Part shown: piece by piece, positions 1-11,415 of the stretch
How positions within the stretch are numbered: the first letter of the stretch is position 1
Layout of the letters: each line of letters begins with the position of its first letter
NCBI RefSeq assembly: GCF_009914755.1
Contig: NC_060929.1
Strand: one strand, 5' to 3'
DNA from: the human T2T-CHM13v2.0 reference genome, Homo sapiens
DNA: 64,000 nucleotides
Translations under genes and position numbers: made by a program
The notes under the pieces: generated by a model
What the model saw: only the letters and a program-made list of their open reading frames with translations
The model's database searches: none
Told to the model about the DNA's origin: nothing

Positions 1-2028
1 TAGAGAGGTAGTAATAAACAGAATTACATCATTATTTTTTCTTGGACCATTTTGCAAGATGTAAGCACGTAAGTTGGTATAAAGGGCCATTTTCCAATTA
101 CTAAGCCAAACAGAAGTGTTAGGTAACAAGTCTGAATAGAAATGCCAGCACCAGCTTGTCCAATAGGTTCACAAGATCTCATTCCATAGATCAGTTGGAA
201 CATGGAAGCAATGGAGGGGAAGCAAAGATTGTATCACCATAGCAACCTGAAAGGGTGGGGGAAGACAGCAAACTGCATGCCACCTGCTAATCAATTAGAA
301 CTGTTTGCAAGCTCAAGAAATCCTGGAGAATCTGAGTGGGGCTGTAGGGTCAAGTACACAGAAAAACTTAATTGGGAATTCTCTTTTAAACTTACAACAC
401 TCAGTCAAATCATCAACACCCATATATTAATAATACTGTAGTTCAAATCAGCCACTTTGCAGTATGCAATCTGCTTTGAAGAAATCTTACTTCCTTGTGT
501 TATTACTAGGAGTATGGTATCCATTTTTCTAAAGTTGTATTGATAGTTTCTTTTAGTTTGCATTCAATTGCAATATGAGATGAGTTTGAAAATTAACTTA
601 ATTTTTCAAATTCAATAATTTTATAATCTCTCATTAAGGCATCATGTATCTTCAAAGTTTATATAACTGTTTTACACTCAAATCTTTTCAAATTCTTAAT
701 AGCTGAAAAAGGCAAGGTATCAATTCTCTGTTTACATTTATTTGTTTTGGGTGGCAAGATTACTCAATTTACTGTTAAATGGGGTCAAAAATGCTTGCAA
801 GTTACTTAATTTACTATTTATTTTTTTAAAAAAAATTCCCAGGGGCTGAGAATCCTCATACATTTGCTGCTTTTCTTTTACCTTCTAGCTAATTATTCTT
901 CCTCCCCTTGCACCACCTTCTACCTTGGCAGATTTAACAACTATTCTTTTGTCCTACTTTTCTTGAATTTGAAACTATTGATGATGCTACATTAGAATGA
1001 CTGATGTGTTACACAAAGGCCCCTATGTAGGTGAAGACTGGAGATGTGCTAAGCAGCCCATTATTTTCACAGTACAGTGATCTGCTTGTGGAATTTTCTG
1101 AAAACATTTCCAAGGGACAAGACATCAGAGCCTCCATTCCTGTTTCATATTGACTTCTGACCTAACATTGGACCAGTAAATCCCATGTGTAAATATGAGG
1201 CTGGGTGGCAAGACGACTTTTTAAAATATTTACAATGGTAAACTCTCTGGATTATAAATTACAACAGAAACAAGATGAACAGCTTTACCCACCATAAACT
1301 TGTCTTTCACACTTTTTTTAAGTATATTAAGCAGTCTAGCAGGAGTTTCACTAGTAGTATAAAGAAACTCAAAAAAGAACAAAAATTAGATTAAACAATT
1401 CATCACTGAAAGTAACCATGGATTAAAAAAAATTGGATGGGAAAAAACACAATGGCTAATGTCAGCCTTGAAAAATGTTTTTTAAATTAAAAAAGAAAGT
1501 CAAGATAAAACCTGGGTAATAAATAAGTCATATTACTAAACAAAAAAAATCCATATTCTCATTTGTAAACACAAAAGGATGTGAATTAGTGACAAAAATA
1601 TATTATACAACGTATGTGAAACATCCAATAATCATCTGAGCATAAACAGGGTGAGATGCTCAGTCACCAATGGGTGAAGCAGGGATGCAAATCAGCCCGA
1701 TCTTATTCAATCTATTGTGTGAGCATTCTCTGAGGGTGGAATAAAGGACTCAGAAGCCAGTGTTAGACTGATTTTTGTCCTCTGGGAAACTCCACTTAAC
1801 AGCTCTGAATATCATTAAAAGCCTGTGAGGCAGTCATTCAAGGGCTGCTGTTGTAGGTTGTCATGGGAGCTTTCAAAACGTACACACAGAAAAACAGGCC
1901 ATGATTACGGATCTTACTGCAGAGTAAATCCAGTGGCCAAAATGTTGATAAGCTTACTCTGACCTCCGATAGCAATTATTGTCTCTCCATTCTAATCATG
2001 AGATGAACTTTCATCATAATACAATAAT

Positions 2029-2135
2029 ACTGTAAGCTCCTTGAAGGTAGAAACTGTACCTTTATTTCTCTCTTGTGGCATCTTGTGTATTTCTGGGCGA
2101 ATGGTAGGTGTGCAGTGAATACATGTTGAATTGAA
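2029..2135 (+). mobile_element. L2 LINE 3' end fragment
   Basis: TGTAAGCTCCTTGAAGGTAGAAACTGT...GTAGGTGTGCAGTGAATACATGTTGAATTGAAT resembles the L2 3' terminus. Confidence 0.65.
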
Positions 2136-2199
2136 TTACAGCATGAGATCACGTACTTGCCCCCATCGGCAGAATCCTACACACCTCTCACTGGCAATA

Positions 2200-2760
2200 T
2201 TGAGATTACAGGGGTCACTGGCAGCACTCTGCCTAATGGCATACTGACTGACAGAGTAGAAAATCATATCAAGAAGGCCAGTATGACCTTTGAGTCGGCA
2301 GACAGGGTGTGCACTCACTGTAGCAACAAGGTCAAGATCAAAGTGATGAATCTCCAACCTTCTCCTACATGGCTAGAGACCTGAACTGACCACATCTGAT
2401 TATCTGCACAATTTCATCAGCATCACATGTGAGTAATACTTTAAATAACAGTAAACACTGAGAGAGGAGCACAAACATCAGAATCCCAGAATGCAGCAAA
2501 TTTACCAGCTTGAAGACGTGCACTTGACGACAGGCTTCTTGTGGATCATGCAAGCCTGCTGATTAGACATGAAAACAACTGCTTTATGGTGACCTGAAAT
2601 GGGATTAATGTAAGCCGGATGAGTGTTAGAAATGCTTTAAAGAACCCAGTGAAGTACTGTTCAAAATGATACAGCCAAGCTGTTTAAGAAAAAAAAAAAA
2701 ATCCTGGGAAAACAGAAAAGCTGAGATCAACTTGCTTATCAGTAATCAAAAAACGGGGTA
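2200..2760 (+). mobile_element. Ancient RTE-type LINE remnant (L4-like), decayed RT C-terminal region
   Basis: Broken reading gives GSTLPN..DRVENHIKKASMTF..ADRV..KIKV, QFHQHH (2409) and KQLLYGDLKW (2573-2602). These match RTE/L4 ORF motifs (LGSTLS..EIENRIKKAS.AFGRL, QFHQRHLR, PKQLLYGELK). Multiple stops and frameshifts. Confidence 0.75.
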
Positions 2761-3534
2761 GCTCATACTGAGAAAAAACTATGTGGGAAAACATGGTTCT
2801 AGGCATCAAAGTCACTAGTTTCTATGAACCTAGGGTGAAAGGGGTTGTTAGTCATTTATCTGTCTTTTAGTGACATCGGTCTTCACAAACTGTAGTCAGA
2901 AGAAGTAGCATGAACTTTAAACACTAAAGATAAAAATAAATACATTGTATGTAAATAGGTGCCTAAATGATTTTTATCTTTAAAAATAACTTCACTTTCA
3001 GCTATTGAAAAACTCCTTTAATTGCTAAGAGAGAAAGTCAGTAGGTGACTAAGGCACTGCAATTTACATCTGCTTAGTGGTGATATATTAGTATACTCTC
3101 CAGAGAGCTTCCAACCCGACATTCTCCATATGTTGCCCATATGTTATATTTCCATAAACATATCTTCTAGAAAACAGCCAGATGCTTCACTTTTATACCT
3201 GAATAATAGTGGCCCTTCTTTATCCTTTGGTCTTATCTCTTCCATAGGTTTTGAAATATTTATAATAATTAAATAGGAAAACAATTATTTTAAAATGCAT
3301 TGAATATAAACCCAGTTATTCATAATATTGTATTTCTAGGACCTTTACAAACTTCTTTTCTAAAATACAAAAACTCTTAAGGTTGAATATCAAGATAGAA
3401 TATTATTGCCATTCAGACGAAATAGAATTTAGCGTGAATTTTAGCGCATCGTCCAAACCAACATTCCTGACTATGTTCTGGAAGGGGATGATTTGCTGAA
3501 TGAGTCATGAATGATCATTATCATCCTTATAATA

Positions 3535-3660
3535 TCAACAACAGTTTATAGTTACTGAATACATATGATGTGCCAGGTATTATGCTATTGGACATAGTGT
3601 ATCATTTTTCATTTTACCTACAAGTAATATGTAGGTAAAAATGTCGTAATAATGTTTACA
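3535..3660 (-). mobile_element. MIR fragment
   Basis: TTACTGAATACATATGATGTGCCAGGTATTATGCTA resembles the reverse-complement MIR 3' end. Confidence 0.5.
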
Positions 3661-4381
3661 GCTCCATTATTTTCAGGTTGAATTCATATAATTCTCCGTT
3701 ATCACAGTCATGATTTTGCACATCTGAGACTTGACAATCCTCGTGCTTCTGGGGCACGCAACATGAGAAAGAGTAAATAAGTGACCTCTTTATTTCCTCT
3801 CTGTCCTCTTTCTCAATCTTCTTTCTTTTCCTTTTAACTACTAGAACCTCCACAGATTCGGGCCACGGGTCAGGGAGGAGTATGCAGATCTGCTTTCAAC
3901 AAATGCCTCTGGGTGGGTGACTCTAGCCATGAAGTATTAGTGTGTATCCAACTTTTAATGTCAGGCTGCTGTATAGTGGGGAATTCAGAGGCAGTCTCTA
4001 CCCTCAGTAGATTCTCATTATTTCATGTCAGAGTACGGAGGATCACCCTGTCTCCAGTATTTCCTAATTTCAATCATTGTATAGAATAATTCTGTGCATA
4101 TATTATACAATCGGAATTATTTCACTCTCTTGCTATAGCATATCCTTTCAAAAGACAGAATCCTCTCTCTGTCTTCCGAAGTCTACTAGCTCTTTCTTGT
4201 GCACTCCTGTCTCAAGATTAGTCAATGAAGGCCCTGGAAGAGAAGACCAGGAGGGCTCAGCTGACCCAGACCAGGCTAATGCACACTTCATTGACTATAT
4301 TTCACCTGTTTCATGCTCTATTCCTGTCACAAATAATTCTTACAGTTCCATCCAGATGAAAATCAATTAAGGGGTAATAAG

Positions 4382-4620
4382 AATAATAACAGTGAGCATT
4401 TAGTGCTTAATGTGTTAAACAGTATACTAGCCACTCTGACTAGCATCTCATTTCAGTCTCACAAGCCTCTGAAGTAGGCCAAGAGTATTATTTCTACTTA
4501 ATAGATAATGAAATTGACACTAGAAACATGAAATAACTTGTTCAAGGTCACAAAACCAGTAAGTGGCAGAGTTGTCATTTGAACCCAGGAAGTCTGACTC
4601 CGGAACCTACCTACGGCTAC
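4382..4620 (-). mobile_element. MIR SINE, near full length
   Basis: Reverse-complement MIR core AATAACTTGTTCAAGGTCACA..AGTAAGTGGCAGAG..ATTTGAACCCAGGAAGTCTGACTCC. Confidence 0.85.
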
Positions 4621-4647
4621 ATATAATGCATTTTTAGAATAAATTTT

Positions 4648-5185
4648 ATTCATTCATTCATTCATTCATTCATTCATCCATTCATGTAGTTCCTATGTCT
4701 TAGGCACTGTGAAAAATACAAAGAAAAGTAAGGCCTGAATCCAACTACCACATAAACTCAGTTTTTTGGAGGAGGGGGACACATGGACAAACAACAACAG
4801 TGAGATGGCGTATATGCAAGGTGGTCAGCATGCAAGGTACAGAGAGGAGTGAATGTTGCCTGGAAGAATCAGGGAAGGCTTGTTAAATAAGGTGGTGATC
4901 TTCAGGGGCATGTTTAAAAATGGAAATACTTTAGTGGGGAAGGATATGGTCTCTTCTCCAAAGTATTTGCTAACACATGGAGATGGAAGGTAGGACTGCC
5001 TATTAGAGAAAATGAAGTAGTTGGAGGGTGGGCGTGTACAGGAGAGTAGCATGAGCTTATCTGGGAGGGTAATGGGTCCGTTCTAGGAAGGACCTTAAAT
5101 GCCTTGCTCCTTAGTAAGGAGGCTAAGGCTTAGGCTGTTGAGGAAAGGTTTTAAACTAATACACATAATTGGATCTGCATTTTAA
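4648..5185 (-). mobile_element. L2 3' portion with (ATTC)n tail
   Basis: (ATTC)n at about 4648-4685 followed by L2-like CCTATGT..AGGCACTGTG and GGAAGAATCAGGGAAGGCTT. Confidence 0.7.
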
Positions 5186-5188
5186 AAG

Positions 5189-5369
5189 GCAGGCGTTCTC
5201 AAACCTGGCTACACACTAGAATCACCTGGAGAACTTTGAAAGAAATACTGGGGGCCTGACCCCATCCCCAGAGAATCAAATGCAATTAATCTGTGGGAGG
5301 GCCTGGCATCAGTATTTTAAAGAGGTTCCCATGTAATTCAAATAGGTAGCCTAGGCTGAGAACCATAGC
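5189..5369. mobile_element. MER5-family hAT-Charlie MITE
   Basis: GTTCTCAAAC..CACACTAGAATCACCTGGAGAACTT...GGCTGAGAACCA, with imperfect terminal inverted repeats. Confidence 0.8.
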
Positions 5370-5792
5370 TTTTTGGCTTCTAATATCTAATTTATGGGGG
5401 AAGAAAGTGCTTTATTAAACATCTGCCATACAAACAGCAAAACTTAACTAGTAATTCAGGATATTTCACCTAAGATATGATTCTAAACAATGTCTCAAAC
5501 AAAATTATGGTTAAATCAAGTGAAAAAAAAAAAACCCCACACACTTTTTTCTGCGATTACATTTCAGAGTTACAGGTTTGTTAGCAAGGTGTGTACCAGG
5601 GTGCTGAAGGGTTAAGATACAGAACTAGATGATGATGCAACATTGAAAAGCCATGGCATTTAATGGAGTAAAAAGGAAATCAACCACTCATCTTAAAAAC
5701 TCCATGATTCTCTATCATTGCATCTTGGGCAACAATAGTTAAAAGTCACTTGAATCATTGCACTACTCTACAGAATCATGGCTGACCTCTGC

Positions 5793-5900
5793 TGTGACAA
5801 GTGCAGAATACCCTCGGCTGAGTTACATAATGGAAGTATCTGCAACAGTGAGTTATTCCAACCCTCGGGTAGAATGACGGATGCTCCACAGTTTCCTCGG
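5793..5900. mobile_element. Probable ancient conserved repeat (Eulor8-like, one arm of the hairpin)
   Basis: TGTGACAAGTGCAGAATACCCTCGGCTGAGTTACATAATGGAAGTATCTGCAACAGTGAGTTATTCCAACCCTCGGGTAGAATGACGGATGCTCCACAGTTTCCTCGG resembles my recollection of the Eulor8 arm. It keeps 4 CpGs. Not verified against a database. Confidence 0.55.
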
Positions 5901-6989
5901 ATGTGAAGCCACTAGGGACCTGGCTGCAAGCATGTATTTTTATAGACACCTTAGCTCATGTAAAAGTTCTAATGCAAACTTTAGTGCTTGGGAACGTTAA
6001 ATAGGTTTAGGATGCTTCCCCAGAGAGTTTTAGTTCCATTAACACAAGACTTGGTGACTAAGGACGGATATAATCCTGATCCCACGTTAGAGATATAGAA
6101 AGAGAAACTCTTCACTGTCTTCAAGTTAGCACTCACATTTCAAAAGATAAGAAGGACCTTTCAGCATCAAGAGGACTAAATAATTCAATTCGAACCTAAT
6201 TCAGCATCTTATGCATCCCCCTTCCTCCAATAGAGCTCATGTGGCAGAATATAGCTAAATTATTTCAGCTGTTAGAAAAGAAGGTGACAGAATTCGTAGG
6301 CTTCCTTCCGTGACCGTCGTGGCTGAAAGTTCTATTACTGAACTACTGGCACTTGGCCTGTGGAGATTCTGACTGTTCACTCTCAAATGGCTAAGGGCTG
6401 AGCTGCATGTGATAATGTCTGCCACCAACTCAAAGGTACCATGTTGGTCCCTGACCATGGGAGGCCAGGGGCACAGATGTTCCCATGTAGAGCTTCTACC
6501 TCTCAGCACAGGGCTGAGGGCGTACACAGCTGGATGTAGGCAATACCAGCACATCTACTGAAGCCCCATGACCATCTTCAGAGTGCCTAACATGCCCGCA
6601 CTGGTCCTTCCCCACCACCATGGTTCCTCAGCTCGTGCAAGGCTCTAAAGGAAAAACAAAACTTTGTCCTCTTAGAAAGTTCAGAGCAGAGGTGGAGGGG
6701 AGAGACCATGACATTTCAAGGCTTCCCAATGGCAGGTTCCACAGCCATTTTTTCAAACGTGTGTGTTCCTCATCTCTTTGTATAACCTCTGCTGCAATTA
6801 AATGGGCCTTCTCAGTAATCACCCAACTTGATCTGCAAATTCTTACCAACAAATAACTACTGATGACACACCTATCTCTTCCTCACTATCTAATCACAAA
6901 TGGCTCACTCAAACCATGAAGATTTGCCCATTACATTAGCTTTGAATGACTTCCAAGGGAGAGAACCAGGACATTTGGCTGGAGCTTTT

Positions 6990-8040
6990 TCCACTTAACT
7001 CAATCCCTTTACCCATCTTCCCCTTATATGCAGCCAACCTCTTCACCTGTGCTTCCAGTGCACTCATGACTACTACTCTGGGATTTTGTCCCATTGACAA
7101 TGCCTCTCCCTAGTATCTCTTATTTTAACGATCTCCCATTCTCTGTGTACAAACAGGCACAATTATCTCCCTTCTTGAAAAGAAAAAAAAAAAAAAACCT
7201 ATCTGATTTCTTCAACCATACTTTACCTAAGTGGAATTCTCCTTTCCCCATTTCCTCACCTTCCACTTGCTTCTCTAAGTATTTTGGCAACTGCTTCATC
7301 ATGCTGACTGCTCTGACAAAAGTCACCAATGTATTTCCTTTTCCAAATACAATGGACACTTTTCAGGTCCTCGTTTCACTGAATTGACCTTTTGGTAGCA
7401 GCTGGCATAGTTGTTCATCCCTCCTTTGTGGAATGCTCCTTGCCCTGCCTCTCTGGGTATTTGCTTGCTCTTGCTGGCTCTTCTTTGCCTTGGTATCACG
7501 TAAATGTAGGTGAGCCCAGGCTCTGTCATTGCTTGACTCCCACTACACAACACTTCCTGTATCCTGCAGACTTCAATCAACTCTACACTTTGAGTCCCAG
7601 ACTCTCCTAAGCTTTAGAGACATAAGTGCAATAAACCAAATCTCCCTGTGAGCCCTTTCCATTCAGTATGCCAAAACTGAAATACATCCTGTTTTCTTAG
7701 CTCCCTCACTAAGCCTCCTTCCCTCACACCATCTTCCCCCACAAACAGAAAACACCATTCATCTATTCCTAGGTTTACCACCTTAGTTGAAGCCATGACC
7801 ATCCACCTTTTGGTTAACTTCGGTCTTCCCTTTCCCTTACCACTAGCCCCACACATTCCAGAGCAGTGTTGCCAAATTTCTTTTGCAACATTTTTCTCAT
7901 TCATCCCTTTCTCTCTACCCCAACTTTCATAGTCTTTGTTTAGAACCTCATCTTTTTTTTTTTTTTCACCCAATCTACTGCAATCATTGTAGTTAATCTT
8001 CCCTTCTTCAACGCATCTTCACTCCAAGCTATCCTCTACT
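6990..8040 (+). mobile_element. L2 LINE fragment (RT to 3' region)
   Basis: CT-rich L2 signature: CTGCTCTGACAAAAGTCACCAATG..TCCAAATACAATGGACACTTTTCAG..; CCCAGACTCTCC; CCAAAACTGAA. Confidence 0.75.
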
Positions 8041-8042
8041 CC

Positions 8043-8230
8043 ACTGGTCAAATAATGATGGTGCAGGGTCAAATCTGGCCTGCTGCTTTTGGTATATAAA
8101 GCATCTGCCCACTCCTTTATGTATTATCAATGACTGCTTTTGTGTTTCAGTGGTGAAAGAGACTGTACAGTCCATAAAACCTGAAATATTTACTACCTGG
8201 TCCTTCAGAGAAAGTTTGTCCAACCCACTA
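8043..8230 (+). mobile_element. MER58A-like MITE inserted in L2
   Basis: GGGTCAAATCTGGCCTGCTGC...AAAACCTGAAATATTTACTACCTGGTCCTTCAGAGAAAGTTTG. Confidence 0.8.
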
Positions 8231-8680
8231 CTGCCAGGATGATTCTGATCAAAAATACAAATCTGATCACGTTGCTTCCATGCTTAAAAGACTTTGGTAG
8301 TTACATTAGGTGGTGAGGTACCAATCTGTGACTGCCAAATGCAGCACTTCTGGCCACACTAAATAAACCCCTGATCTTGAAGGTGCCTTGTACATTGATG
8401 TCAACTTTGTCCTTCTGTGCTGTTGCATATGCTGTGCATTTTGTATACCATGCCCTTGATGTGAATAATTCATTTTCATCCTCCCAGATTCAGTTCAAAT
8501 GTCATCACCATGTAAGCCTTCCTTGACTCCTCTCAACAGTGAGATCCTCCCTACATACCTTATTTCCATATACTTTGTACATTTGTCTATTTTGCATTTA
8601 TCACTATTTCATTCATTCATTCTTCTATTTACACATCTGGTTGTCTTGCTAAGTCATGAGGACCTGACTTAAATATACCA
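8231..8680 (+). mobile_element. L2 continuation (3' region)
   Basis: CTGCCAGGATGAT..AAAATACAAATCTGATCACGTT..; CAGTTCAAATGTCATC..AAGCCTTCCTTGACT. Confidence 0.7.
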
Positions 8681-9149
8681 AGAATAAACTTCCAAATGAA
8701 TGTAATGGTAGGTTTTATGCCCTTATTTATATCAAGGTCAATTTTATTTCAAAATAGTTTGAGAAATTCTTCTATGTGTCTGCTCTCAGAATCACTTTAT
8801 GTTCATTCAAGAAAGGCCATCTTAACATTTCAAAGTTAACATTTCATTTTAAATTAAACCAAAACGTTACTCTCCAGCTTCATCAGCAAGCATGTTCTAA
8901 AGGAGTTTGAATCTTTCAAAAAATCAAATCTGCCCTTAAAGGAAAAAGTTTACCAATGTTGGTAGTTGTTAAGTAAGGAACAGCAGACATTGGATGTAAT
9001 TTTGAAAAGATAATTTTAGAAATATTTTCAGCAATGACAACCATCTTCAAATAGATAATTTTGTTAACCTATTAACTTTGATGAGACTGCCACATGTTCT
9101 GGAATGTCTTTTTTGTTCATTCAATTAAATCACACTGAAAAAAGAATGG

Positions 9150-10312
9150 ACTACTCAATAAACGTATATCCAATTTTTTAAAAGACTATTGGATTCAAGT
9201 AGATAAAAGATCTAAATATAAAAAGCAAATTCAAACTTTCAGGAGAAAATTATCTTTATAAAGTTGGAATAAAGAAGGCCTTAAAAATGCAAAATAGAAG
9301 AAACTGAACAAAGCAAAAGATAACTTCAACTACATTAAAATGAAAAATTTGTTCATTGAGATAACATAATAAAATAAAAGTCAAGCCATGAATTTGGAGA
9401 ATTCATACCAGTAAAAAATATAACTGACAAAAGATTAGCATCCAGACTGTCTAAGAATAACTACAAATCAATAGAAAAAAATTGAATCTTCTAAATAAAA
9501 AAAAGATATGAATGGACAATCTAAAATATGAGGAAACTTGAAGATTCAATACACATACCTAAAAAGGCTCTACCTCATCAGAAATCAAGTAAATATAAAT
9601 TTAAACCTTAAGGAGATTCAGTTTCACAGCAATCGGATTGGCAAACATTAAAAAGTCTGGCAACATCAATCATTGGCAAGGATATTGAGCAATGAGAAAT
9701 GTTATACCTGATGGTGAGAGTATAAATTAGCACAACTTACTTTGGAGAGCAAATTGGCAATATCTAGTAAAGTCGAAGATGTACTCCTATATTTATTCTT
9801 AGACACAAGAAGATACACAAGGATATTCATTGCAGCACTGTAATATAAAAGTGGAAAATAACCTAAATGCCCATCAATGTGAGAATGGAAAATTAAGTTG
9901 GGGTTGTTATATATAATGGTATAACATATAAGAGCAAACGTGAAATAATTAGGACCACATATAACAATGTGGCTAAATCTCAAAAGCATAATGCCAAGAA
10001 ACAAACAAACAAAAAAAGCAAGATGCAGAAGAATGTACACATACAATTTACATAAAATTTCAAAATCTGCAAAGGAATGATATACATTGTTTACAGATGC
10101 ATATGAATGAAGCAAAGGTATCAAGATGTGCCAGGGAATGATACTACTAAAATCAGAAGGCTGGTAACTTTTGGAGAGCAGAGACAGAAATGTAATTCGG
10201 GACTTCAATTTTCTTTGTAAACATTTATTTTTTAAGCTAAGGTATACTGATGTTTGTATACTATTCTCCATGTTTTGCTGAATATCTGGAATTTTCACAA
10301 TTTGAAAACTCA
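9150..10312 (+). mobile_element. Old L1M (L1ME-like) ORF2 3' end and 3'UTR
   Basis: AAAAGATCTAAATATAAAA; GATATGAATGGACAAT; GGATATTCATTGCAGCACTG; CTAAATGCCCATCAAT; A-rich on + strand. Confidence 0.85.
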
Positions 10313-10655
10313 CTTTTAAGACAACCATTTTTGGAGGAAGTTGTATAGAGCATGTACCCCTATAACATAATCTAACAGCCAGACATATTCCAGTGCATTG
10401 AAATAGAGATTTTAAAGCACACAGTATTAGCAGTTTTAGAATTAGAATTTACCTTAAAGTCTGACCAGTCTACCACTTTCCTATTTGAAAATAAGGAAAT
10501 GGAATAATTACTTTAATCACTCAGTATTATTAGATTGGCTAGTAATAGGGTTAAGACCCCATCTGCTACAACCCCAGACATATGAGTGTAATTAAATTAA
10601 GGCATTCTAAGCACGATGCCCAAAGTTGTTCTAGTATTATTACTTTTATCAATCT

Positions 10656-10660
<5 letters not shown>

Positions 10661-10714
<54 letters not shown>
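10661..10714. repeat. (TA)27 microsatellite in the position of an Alu tail
   Basis: Pure TA run of 54 nt. Confidence 0.97.
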
Positions 10715-10718
<4 letters not shown>

Positions 10719-11011
10719 TGACAGAGTCTTGCTCTGCTGCCCAGGCTGAAGTGCAGTGACATGATCATGGCTCACTGCAGCTTCAAACTCCTTGGCTTAA
10801 GTGATCTGTTTCAGCCATCAGAGTAACTAGGACTACAGGTGTGTGCCACCACACCTGCCAATTATTATTATTATTATTATTATTATTATTTTGTAGAGAT
10901 GAGGTCTCAAACTGTTGACCAGGCTGGCCTCCAACTCCTGGCCTCAAGTGATCCTCCGGCCTTGGCTTCCCAAAGTGTTGGGATTACAGGCATGGGCCAC
11001 AGCTTCCAGCT
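10715..11011 (-). mobile_element. AluJ with (TTA)n-expanded middle linker
   Basis: GATCATGGCTCACTGCAGC (J-type), (TTA)n at 10861-10890, TSD AATCTCATTT at 10651-10660 and 11012-11021. Confidence 0.93.
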
Positions 11012-11139
11012 AATCTCATTTAATCTTGAATCACAATCTTGTATCTTGAAATCTTTGTCAGGGACAGAAGCCCCTGCATAATTTTTGGGCTGGAGATGAC
11101 TCTGTATTAAGAAAATAATCATAATTATCAAATGAAAAC

Positions 11140-11415
11140 AGTAATATGCAGAATAGTGTATATATTATAGTACCACTTTGTAAAAAATAAAAAGAAATGA
11201 GAATATTATATTTGTGTGGCTTGCATATGGAGAAAAATACCCATGAATGGATAATACATAAGAACCATGCTTAGCAATTAGCAGGAATGGGTACTGGGTA
11301 GCGCACAGTGACATCTGGAGGGTGATTTTTTTTTCATATACCTTTTTGTTTTTTTGCAATTCAAACCATGTAAAGGTATTACCTATTCAAAAGTTAATTA
11401 AATAATTAAAAAAGA
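11140..11415 (+). mobile_element. L1ME-type 3' end
   Basis: ATGCAGAATAGTGTATATA...AACCATGTAAAGGTATTACCTATTCAAAA followed by an A-rich end. Confidence 0.7.

Noticed and set aside
9702-10328. Longest ORF (208 aa, minus strand)
   Set aside because: It is the antisense reading of an old L1M fragment, with L/F/Y/I-rich composition typical of T-rich strands and no splice or domain evidence
10450-10500. Apparent 28-nt minus-strand micro-exon (..TTTCAAATAG|GAAAGTGG..TTTAAG|GTAAAT)
   Set aside because: It lies within a decayed MIR-like sequence, is not frame-preserving and has no other support
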